From NCBI GenBank assembly GCA_002633005.1, contig NMRA01000521.1, positions 242,234 to 306,233 on the forward strand: 64,000 nucleotides of DNA, written 5' to 3'. The notes below the pieces were generated by a model. It ran no database searches, was not told the DNA's origin, and was given only the letters and a program-made list of their open reading frames with translations. The DNA comes from Phoronis australis. Taxonomy: Eukaryota > Animalia > Phoronida. Below, in pieces: positions 14,601 to 26,600 of the stretch. Position 1 is the first letter of the stretch, and each line of letters opens with the position of its first letter. The position numbers and the translations under genes were made by a program.

Positions 14601-17600
14601 GCGACGTCAGTGGTTCATCTGCAGAGTGAATACAGCTATATTGCGGGGTAATCGTTCCCGCTTGTCCGAACAATGAAGCTGAGAAGAAAGCGGGTATATC
14701 GTTTTTCGACTTCCTCGAGACCCCGAAATATTTAGGAAGTGGCTCGCGGTAGTGAAGAATGAAAAGTACGCTCTTAATTGCAAATATGAGGCCGTAGAAC
14801 ATCTCCGTGTCTGTGGCCGGCATTTCGTCGACAGTGATTTCTCTGACGTGAATTCCGGCTTACCAAAGAACTCTCCACACGTTCCGTTGCTTGTGCATGT
14901 TCACGGTGCCATTCTAGTATTTCTTGATCAGTGTATTCCGGTTCGAACTGATAGCCTGTGAAACCTTACGAGCCGCCCCGTGAAGTCTTCGTCGAATGAG
15001 CTCTCAGTCGACTAAGTCGGGATTAGCGCCGGGCGAGTTGCCATGTACACGTTTATTATTCTGCGTTCTGTTTCAAAATGACTTATTCTCACCCTAACCA
15101 ATGCTTATATAAGATTGAAACAAAATCTGTCTCATTAGATGCAACTTGTAATGCCTTTGGAGTATTCATGATTGCAAATGTTTTGAAAAGCCAGCAGTGA
15201 ATAAACCACTGCGTTAGCGGCTTTTTAGGTGCAATAAAGGTAATGACCGGGCATTGAGGCCGACCGTGTGAGCTCATGCTAATTCAGTGTTTGCTGACAG
15301 AAAGTTGTCGTGAAACAATAACTCGATTTTGTATGCTATGGTCACAAGTTATGGGAGTCTTTACTAAGATATACAAATATGTTATTCTAATCATCGTTAC
15401 TGTACAACCTTTGCCCTGACGGTTCTGTGGTAGGGGAATCTCCCTTCTCGGCCCCCGACAAGTAAGTAGACTTTCAGCTTCGTGGCTAATTCACGTAAGT
15501 AATTACGTGCACATTATTTCTTTAGCTCACTATTACAGTCTTTTCGTGACTGGAGGTTTAGTTTCCAACTGAAGCTGGTTTATGTTCGTGATGTCCAGTC
15601 CCGGCGGCCGCGACGGGCCTGATCGGGTTCCGAGCCACTTGCAGGGAGAAACAAGCGTTTTGTGTGTTGAGAGCTGAAAAAATCGCAAGTCTAAAAGTAC
15701 AACACATAGCTATGTTCCCCCGGCTGTATTTCACGGATAAATGATTCGAATTCATCACCAAACAGACCGAAACTCCTATGATCGACCATGTAACTTGGCC
15801 TACCGAACTCTGTAGGCTACGGTACGTTCAAATACCTATAAATCTGTAACAGTGAAATAAAACAACAGGTTTGTTCAGGAACTCGATGTATTTGTAAGGG
15901 GTTTACATTGAATTTTGATGATTTATTCGTGTAAAACGATGAATTCAAGCGATAAGTTGACACTAGTAAGCGTGTTGTGAACTGCTGAACAGACTGCCAG
16001 TAAAACCAATGACGTCATTGGTTAATTCCAACACCTACGTCTGCCGTTGAGGTGTCAGCAAAACCACTGAACTTGCTGTTATCGAGTGGAACTACTCGAT
16101 CCAAATTCATGCGCGCACCCACCCTTCAATATCGGTTGCTCGAATTCCTGCCGTTGTGGACCTTTTGCTGACAAAAGAGCGGACGGACTAAAAGAAACCG
16201 GGAGCACCACTGTGAAGTGCGCGTTTGCGATTATTTAGTACCATTTTCTTGCACTTTTTGTCTCTCAGGGGCGGACCTTCTTGCCCACTTCGTCAAATGA
16301 GGGGCTCGAACGAGCCCCCTGAGCCCCCCTGGATGCGCGCATGAAATTGATGCAAAATAGGTTGTTTTTTTGGGTGGCATTCTCCTTTAAGTATAGAACA
16401 GTGCGCACGTCAGCATGAAAGGAATTGAAAGTACGCGATTTCAGTGGCTGATAATTGTTTTTAAAGAGACCATATTTGATGTACGTTGACCCTTGGTCTT
16501 GGATAACGAGTCTGAGAAGTCACATTGAACTTCAAAAATGAGATGTTACGATTTACGAGAAAATAACGGACCCTTTGTGTCTAGTTGCACGACGTGGAAT
16601 GTTAACAGCTTAATGACGTCATTTCCAGATCAGCCATTTTGGTGGGGTGGGAATTGAGAAGGCTTTCGCTGCAATTCAGTGTGCTGGTCATGAAAAATCT
16701 CTTGATGAATGCATTCAACTGAGGACAGTCAACGGCGCCATATGCAACCGACAGACATCTGTAGCCGGAGTTCTGTGTTCCCAGAGTAAGATTATGCCTT
16801 GTGTTTTTCAAAAAGTGGTAATGATATTGAACTAATTCAAAGAAGGCCTAATCAGATTAGGCAACCGTCTTCCCTCATGGCACACACAGGTGTTTTATTA
16901 ACAGCTTCCTTTTTGTTATTAACCCAAGAATTTTCTTATGAGTTGTTATTCTTTTCTCATATATCGAAATTCGTGTTTTTTCAATTCTTAAAAACCACAT
17001 TGGACTGATTGTGACAACAGATCTTTGTCCATAAACGAATTCCTTCACAGACACAAAGATAATTTTTTTGTTTGTCGTCTTCCTGAAATAAAACACATTC
17101 TACAAAACACACGCAGTTTTTAGATATACCTACATGTTCGAGATCATAGTATTGGAAAAGATTAATGTAAAAGGTTTGTTTTATTCATCATTCCTCAAGT
17201 TCTAACGTTTGACGTAAAATTCATTTCGCCATTGTGGTTACGCTGATTGTGTAAAGTCCTGATAAAACACAATAGAGGATGTGGCTTTAAGTGTACTAGG
17301 GAGAAATCCGCGACGTGTCTAGCTCCAAACTCTACACTATAACACAACACACTAGCGTCCGACAGCAGCTCGTGCCCTTATCATTGAGAAGCACTGTAAC
17401 TTTTCTCAAGACTTGATTCGAAAATTAACGAATCGTGTCGAATTTCATTGGAAAGTTTACTCGAAGCATGCAAAAACGAATAGTTGATTTTCGAGTCGAG
17501 GCTCGCGGTTTGTTGGCCACCGGCCAGCTGTTAGTTATCCTCATGGCGGCATCAACTTCACTACTCTTCAAAAAAACTTTACAGGCTTTGACAGAATTCT

Positions 17601-20600
17601 ATCTGACTCTGACAAATTTGGAGAAACTTCGTGTCAGAATTTTGTTCCTCAATTTTGTCAAACATTTATCGCAATATCATCGCACTTTTGTTCGACTTTA
17701 CACGGAGTTTAACGTGGCGTTACTGTGCCTAGTCGCGAATTGCTTGCTTTTGAATACACTTAATAACAAGTTACTGGGATTTCGGCAAAGTGCATGGAAC
17801 CACACCTGATGAGATTGTGTCGAAAAGTTGGCGGAAATGTGCCGAAAACATGTGCTAGTCGAAAAGTAAGTAATAGACTTACGCATCGACACTTTGTCGA
17901 ATTTCGACACTTTCCAGTTTATTTTGAACACTACTGTACAGAAGTATTCGTGATCGTCTGCCAATATAGTGGCAGCAAATCTGCCTTTAAAATGATAATT
18001 TCATGGGTAGTCGTGTTTCTGTACTGCCATACTGCTACCGTATGAATATATTAAAGCAATTTTAAAGTTGCTTTTTTCTATCAAAAAGAGGTTATGATTT
18101 TAGATATCTAATGTTGTAAAGCTGTTTTGAAATTGTTTCTTGGTGGCGTCATTCTGCGAGTATCTTTCGTGGTGTTTCCAGGGTTTCGAAAAAGTAGGTT
18201 GTTGTTTCTTCAGATCAAGCTCACAAAATTTCGGTCCACGTTGTGACCTGAAATTTCATGAACTTGGTTTTTCACGAACCCTGAGATTGCATGTCAACTG
18301 ATTAAGGAACATGGTATGACTGGTTTCATTATGGTAAGTAGACAGAAAGCACGCCCAATTTAATGTCGCATTGATGGTTTAATCAAGAATAGTATATTTT
18401 GCTGAACATAAATTATTACATAGTAAATTAACCAATAAGGACGCAATATGACTTTCAGGATTACCCGATCTTCTTCCCAACATAACATTGTTGATGGACA
18501 CGGTGAGACTGGAGGATCGTTCCCTGTTCCATTTACAATGTGCCATGGAAGAGAACTGTGTATCGTCTACAGCTTATGAAATACGAGCGAGGTACCCTGG
18601 TAAGTTTCACCATGACCACGAGAGCACAGTCAAATTTGATCAACTGTTACTTTATCGTCCAACTACTATCGTTTTTAGCAAAACGGTTTGGGCAAAGTGG
18701 TGTTTTTAAAAATAGCTAAGTTTATATTTAAGTGTTTAATTGCTGTTCTTAGCACTAATCCAGTCTTGTTTGTTGAGCATTAGCAGGGAAGTTTTATGGT
18801 CGTTACTTAACCACACCTATACAATGTACACTTGGTCTTTCTTTATCTATTTTTGAACTCTGTGATCTGCCTTGACATTGTAACTGAGACATATTTTCAC
18901 TCATCAGTTGCATCTTTCTTCACGGTAACAACATAACAATCAATGCAAACGACACGATGAAATTGCGAGGAAAATGTCGATTCGAAGAAAGATTAAAACA
19001 TTCGTGTAAACGCAACTATTTTACTGTACGAGATACATGCACATGTATGTTTCGGTTGTGATACAAGAGAACTGTTATCATGTAAGTATGTGAAAACCTC
19101 AGACTAGGCGCGAATCGAAAGGGGTCCGAATGTTTGCGTCACTGCACTAGGGCAGCCTGTGTCTATCGCGTCTTTCTTGTTGAAAGGCCCCCTAAAGATC
19201 CTGGATCCATTCGTGCACATTAGTGTTCCACTCAGTGCTGTATTGGCAAAATTAGAGATAAGCAGGCGACCAAAGCCCACTGTATCACTTTGGGCACTGT
19301 ACGGTAACTTACGGTGCGTAGGCGCTACGTCCAAATGCCAAAAGGTGGTTGGCTGCGTGTACGTGCGCCTACGCCCCACTACAGCACTGGTTCCACTGCT
19401 ACTGTAAATCTTTTATGACGGAGTTTCGTCGTTCAGAAACTTTTCCAGACGTGAGGGTTCTGAACGTGCGATAACATCTGGCTCCTTTGTTAACTTCCCA
19501 GCACAGTCGTTTATCCCGTATGATAACAAGCAGGCCAATTATCTCCCAGGCTTCAAAGGGTTACAGAATGGTTTGTCTTAATTTCTGTTGTAGTTGGGCG
19601 ATTTTGGTGATTCCAAAACTAAAGATGATCAGCGTTTGACAAGGAATTCAGAAATGCTATTAGTTTATGTTCAAATATGTTATAACTTAACTTTCATTTT
19701 AGCAGCACAGCCCAGTCACGTTAGATACGATCTGATCGGATATTAGAGCAATTACCGAACAAAACAGAGCCGGCCCTCCAACTATAAATACCAGAATGGA
19801 GTTAATTAGTCGTGTAAGATATTCATTTGGCTACAGGGGTGATCTTCCCAACTTGTTGTTGGGCTATAGAATCGAACAAGTTGGGAGCAACGGGAAAACA
19901 CCGTAATGACACGTGTAACATAATCTTACATACATTAATGATTCATTTAAATTCATTTTTCTCAGGTGCTTACCACAGTCAAACTAGGAGGCTCCTCCGG
20001 TTCTCAAGTAGTGTCGCTAATGTTGGTACTTCAGATTTTCATCCTCACATTCCCAAGGAAAGTTGGGAATGGCATCTTTGTCACATGTAAGCTATTTGGC
20101 ATCTTATACGTAGCGTGTTTGGTCACTTGCTAAACACGTGCATGAACGTGTACCATGCATATTCTCAATGTGTTTGGATTAGTACATGTATATAGTCTAG
20201 ACACCTTACTGTGCGTTTGATCAATTACGACAAAACGCGCTTCAACGTTCTCTTTACTTCTGGCAAAATAACAATTCGCCAAGAATATTTTTCTGTTGTG
20301 AAACGAATTTGTTTGTCATTTGTTCGTACGACTAAGGCTACATTTAGTGTCGGACCCACCTGGAATTTACGTTCAATATCTAAATAAAAATAGCTCGAGG
20401 TTATTAATTTTTGTCGTGGCCAGATTCAAAGTGACGGAAGTGCATGGCGGCCATTTTGTTTTCAAAATAACATTCGAAACCTTCTTAAACTCGAATTTTT
20501 CATTATATTCCGTTCAAAATAACCAGGTAAGTAATGCAATACACATCAAAAAAGTGGTTTAAAAATTTCTAAAACATACTCTACCAGCAATGAAGAGTAC

Positions 20601-23600
20601 TCTAATTCCCCACTTCTTTTGCACAAAAACAATTGCCAAAATTGCAATTTGTTTTCATTTTTCAAAGGCTGATTATTATGCTGCAATGGAAATCTTTTCC
20701 AGATGTTGTAGTGTGACATCTGGGCAGTATAAACCACACTACAGTGGTAATAAACTAAAATTTTCTTGATTTTTATTTTTGTAACAAAATAGAATGTCAC
20801 TTGTTAATGTCGAAGTTCTTGTTGGCACCGGAAATACAATCTTATGAAGGTAAGGAATACACTGAGATCGATTTCATGAGAATCAAAGACCCAATTTGAT
20901 TTTTGCTATTAAGCCAGCTTAACAGTGCGAAATGTAGATTTAATATATTCTTCAGGCACTATCACAGCATGGACGTATTCGCGCACTACGATATCATCGA
21001 CTCCAACGGGTATAGAGTGGCTGAAGGACACAAGGCGAGCTTCTGTCTCGAAGACACGGATTGCCAGCCCGGCGTTAAGCCGCATTATCAATGCGTTAAC
21101 TTCGGAGATCAAGGTATGGTCACTTTTCAACTTATTGATAGTTTCCATTAATTTGCCGAAGTCACGGGCACTTTTATCTATTCAATAATGTGATAGGGCT
21201 GGAGAAAGTTGTTTATCGAAGGATTCACCAGGACCGGGTTGTTTAATCAGGGGCAGTTGCACTTCACTTCAGGTTAATAACTGAGCATCGTACGCCTGGG
21301 GGACGGCGAGGAGACGGTTCACTTACGTACACGTGCACTCGCGAAATCTTCTCGTCGTCCGGCCGCTGCCGGTCGTCGCTGATCAATCAAAAATCTTGAC
21401 CTCTAGGGTACATGTACATGTACGATGCAAGTATTAGGTCAAAATCGATTTCTTTTTTTTTTTTTTTATGTATTTATTATCCTTTACAGACAATTACAAA
21501 AACAAACAAACAAATAAGTACACCATTCATTCACGCATGCACACCTCAGGAAGACCATTCTCATATCTCGTTTAAAGTAAATATCTTCTACATGAACTTA
21601 ACATGAAAAATAAATTTTTCCCATTTTGCAGAGAAGCTGTCATGTACAAAGTTGTTATGTGCATTTAATTTTTCAGCATTATAGTATTCATAAGTTTTTG
21701 TAACGAACTTGAGAAAATTAGGTATATTTTTGTGACATCTCTCTTTGTAAATGTACTGTTTAGCTAGTAGAAGTAAAATGTTAAATAGGAAATCTTGCGT
21801 CTTGTAAAGTCCAAGAATAACAATATCGTAAGACAGAAAGTTGGGAAGCTGAATGCCACACTTTTGAAGTAGCTTTTCGAATTCCTTCCAGAAATCTTGT
21901 ACAAAGCTACATTCCCAAAAAAGGTGTGACAGCGTCTCTGGAGCTTTATTACAAAAGGAACATAGATCAGAATCCCTAACACATATTTTGACTAAAAAGG
22001 TATTTGTTGCAATAATTCTATGTAGTATTCTAAATTGGAACCATCTAATATGGGGATCCTTTGTAATTTTGTAAGGTAAAGCATATATTTTCTTCCAATC
22101 TAAACTATCTCCTAGCTCTATTTCCCATTTAGACTCTGACTTAGGTTTCTTAACGTTATTAAAGACTGAACAGATATGTCTACAACCCTTCAAATCTTTC
22201 CGTAAGTGAGTAATTGCTAAAGGCATGCAAGGAGAGTAGACATTAACACTTTTAAATTTACTTTGAAATAGACTTTTTTGAAACCTTTTTAGAACAGAAA
22301 CAACACCATTATATTCTACAAAGTTGGTTTTCACGTCGAACCTATTTTTCATATTGTTTAGACTAACAAGATCACCATCAGAGGTATACATATCTCTAAT
22401 AAATCTCAAGCCTTTTACAAACCAAGGCTTATAAAAAACACCTGTGCCTCCGATCGCCAAGTTACTATTAAACCACAAAGGTTGGTTCAAAAAGTCCTCT
22501 TTACTTGCAACAATTATTTTCTTGTAGAAAGATAACATACTTTCAAATACGTCGCGCCAGTAGGAATTACCAATTAGAGTTAACTTCGACTTAATAAAGT
22601 CATCTCCAAATGAAGCAAAATTCTTTAAGAACGGGTAGAGTGCGTACAGTAATTCACCACTTTTAGACGCAGGGCTTTCCAGATATCTACGGGCCATAGC
22701 GAGTTTTAAAGCTTTGCTGAAAGTATGCATATTAACCATTTGAATTCCCCCTCGATCAAGTCCTAAACAGGCCGTAGTTCGTTTAATTTTATCATTACGG
22801 GCCTGCCATACAAATCTAAAAAATGTCGTATTCAATTCACCCAAGACTTTCACTGATGGATTTGGTAAACTTGACAACAAAAAATTAAGTTTAGAAATAG
22901 CTAATGTTTTAATTACCGTTACTCTACCAAACGGCGTTAAATTTCGTCGACTCCAACTTTTTAGTAAAGACTTGATCTCAGTTATTCTTGCAGTGAAGTT
23001 CTTATGCGTCATACTATCCAATTGAGTGTCGAAATCCACCCCCAAAAATCTAAAAGATTTTTTTGTCCAAGACAAAATTTCTTTTGTAGGAATCACGTCA
23101 TCACTACCAGTTTTACTTCCAAACCATATGGCTTTTGTTTTATCCACATTCACTTGGAGACCGGAGACACTAGCAAACAAATGTAGTACATTCAGTGTGG
23201 TAGTCAATGACAAATTCGACCCATCCAACGTAATTGATGTGTCGTCCGCATATTGCGAAATCAAATATTCCTTATTCCCAGCAACTACACCAGCAATATT
23301 TTTATTATTCTTGATTAAATACGCCAAAATCTCCGCGCACAATATAAAAATGTAGGGAGACAATGGGTCACCTTGTCTGCAGCCACGTGAAATATTGAAC
23401 CAAGAAGATGGGTGACCATTTACGACAACACAGGACTTAATATTACTGTAAAAGACTTTCACCCACCTTCTGATCGACCAACCAAAATTAAGGAACGATA
23501 AAGTTTTTTGAATAAAATTCCACGACAATGAATCAAATGCTTTCTCAAAATCAATCAGTAAAAGCAATCCAGGTTTGTTAGCTGCCTGGGCATAAAACAT

Positions 23601-26600
23601 TAAATCATATAGCACTCGGATATTTTCGTTCATATTTCTTCCAGAAACGAAACCTGTCTGGTCCTTACTGATTACTTTTCCCAAAACGGATTTTAACCGT
23701 TCAGCTACTGCCGAAGAAGCCAATTTATATGTCACATTGAGCAAGGATATGGGTCTCCAGTTTTTCAAATAATGTTTACTTTTATCTGCTCCCTTAGGGA
23801 TGCAGGTGATCACTCCCTCTTTCTGTGTTGAGGATAACTGGCCAACAGCAAAACCTGTATTAAGTGAGCGAACAACGAAATGTCCAATGTCAGCCCAAAA
23901 AAATTTCAAAAATTCCACTGAAAAACCATCAGAGCCTGGGCTTTTGTTGTTTTTCATTTTTTTCAAGCATTGTGTGACTTCTTCATATGTAAGAAGACCT
24001 TCTAATTTTTCTTTTTCTGTCTCATTCAGCTTGGAGACACAAACATTATCAAGAAGAGTTTTTAAAGAAGTATTGTTAGTATGTCTATATTTGTATAGAT
24101 TTTCATAAAAAGTTTTGGTTTCCTGAATAACCTCTTCTTCACTATTGGTTTTAGTATTGTCAGATTTCCACAAAAAAGGCATAAACTTACTTGTGTAATG
24201 CCTATTTTCCAAGTGAAGAAAATATTTGGAAGGCTTTTCACCTTCTTCAATCCATCTTGCTCTCGACCTAGTCATAAGACCTCTTAACTTATTTTGCCTT
24301 AGCTCAGCAAGTAAATTATTTTTTTGTTCCAGTAGTTCCCTGTCAAGGCTTAGACTTTTTTCCAACAAGCTTATTTCTTTGATAAGTTGCTGTTCAACTC
24401 TGTCACATTTTCTTTTTAAGTAAGTGGCAAAGGAAATTGTTTTGCCGCGAATCTCCATCAACAACGTTTCAAGAAAAAGTTGATCATTTATAGACAATTG
24501 TAAATCTGAATTACTTGTACTATCAACAGCCTGAATGTCGTCAGTCATATATTGTTGTTTAACTAATTTAATAGTATTCTTGACTGCAGCAATATACTCA
24601 GAGTTTTTTAGGAGAGAATTATTAAACTTCCAAAATGATTTTCTCCTCCTGGAAACATCACTTTTAAAAAAAACCGTTACCATTGAATGATCGGAACGGT
24701 AACCGAATTCTATTATGGAGTCGTCAATATCAGCTAAAAGGTTTTCAGAAATTAGAAAAAAATCTAGTCTGGATCGTTTACTTCCAGCTCTCCAAGTATA
24801 TTCTTTACTACTGGGGTTTAGTTCCCGCCACACATCAACAATAGACAATTCTGTACAAATCTCCATCAACTTAATCCGTGACTTTGGGTTATTAACTTGT
24901 CGATAATTAATCGTGTCCTTAGACTGATCGAGAGCAAGATTAAAATCGCCTGCCCAAATAACAGAGTAATTTCCTATATCTTGAATATCTTGTTTTATTC
25001 TTTCAAAAAAAGACGGCGAGTCCCTATTCGGACAATACGTATTAATTAACGTAATTCTTGTCTCATTAATAGTAATATCCAAAATTAATTTATTACCATT
25101 GTAGTCTTGCCTAATGTTATGTAATTTATACTCAAAAGTGTTCTTAAAGAGGATCGCCACTCCACGGGAGTTTGAGGAATTTGAATTGAAAAAACATTCA
25201 TATCCCCACATTGATCTAATATTGTTTTCTTCTCTCTTAGTAAAGTGTGTGTCCTGTAGGCAATAGATGGAGTATTGTTTTTCTCTTAAATAATTGAGTA
25301 CATCTTTTCGTTTTTCATGGAGACCCAGCCCTCTGCAGTTCAATGACGTTACTTTAAGTTCACCTGTCATCATTACAACGGTTATGCACATATATCAAAT
25401 GACAATCAAATAATAATGGTACAATCCTGACCCATTCACACCACATACACACAAAACAAAACAAAAACAATACAAACACATCCACGAGCACATCATAGAT
25501 TTCACAGAGTACAACATCGATGTGAAATATGATGTAACATAGGATAGAAAAACTGATCCTCATCGTAAGGCTTATTCTCCCAGTATTTTTCATAATGAGA
25601 CTATAATAAAAACATTTAGAAGCATTGCCCACACGGTCTCATACAAAAAACAAGTAGAACGAAATTTAAGGATAACTACATTTCAGTAAAGTGATTTGGC
25701 TCTATAGTATGGGTTTGAGACTTGTCGGGACGCCCGCACAGAGCAAACAGATCACACACATAAAATAATAAGGTTGGAATTCTTTTTGCCGTGCAGACCT
25801 TGCTGTTTCCACTAGATTTTACCAAGGTCGCACATAACATTCGCTGTACTGCACATGTATGCATGCAGACGTAGTAATGGCGCATAAGAAGAAATTTGAG
25901 GGATAATCGAGTGAACGTACTTTCTACTCACTGCATACATTTACGTTTACTTAATATCATGGATCATTTTGGATGGTTATGTAATAAAATTGGGCATAGT
26001 TGGTTCTCGGGTATGTTTCATCAACAGCGACTAAAATATAAGACAGAAATCTGATCTTGCGATCCCATTTCACAATTACTGAATTATGGTTTACCTATGT
26101 AGTTATTAGGATGCGAATTCCTAGAATGAGTTATACAAATTATCTCAGTATTTAGAACTAATTGGCGCATTCTCAATCCTTGTATTTTTTGCTGAGGTGA
26201 GATTTAATTGTTTATCAGAAATAGTTGTGTGGAGCCTAAGACCAAATTTCTGACTTAAGTTAAGTCTTACAGTAAGTCACACTTTTCATGAAACTGTGCA
26301 CTGACCTGTGGTTTTTAAGAAACTGATGCGTCGATGTGGCATGATTTTAAAGTGAGATCTTGGCTGAAATCGATGCCAGCAGGGTTTTGTTTTTTGTTTA
26401 GTAGTAAGGCGCTGGTTTCAAAATCAATCGGCGTCTGGTCTACAAACCGGAATAAATGCAGTGTATTGTTTTGGCCTCATCAACGCTTCATTGTTTTTCA
26501 CAGGTATACGCGTTGGATGCGCCGACACCTATGCCCACGACATAGATTGCCAATGGATAGACGTCACTGATCTTAAACCAGGGACGTTCAAGTTCACGGT

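Noticed and set aside
17400-17940. Region rich in TGTCGA/TCGAAA motifs with a 124-aa ORF
   Set aside because: Probably internal repeats of an old element; no convincing termini, TSD or protein motif.
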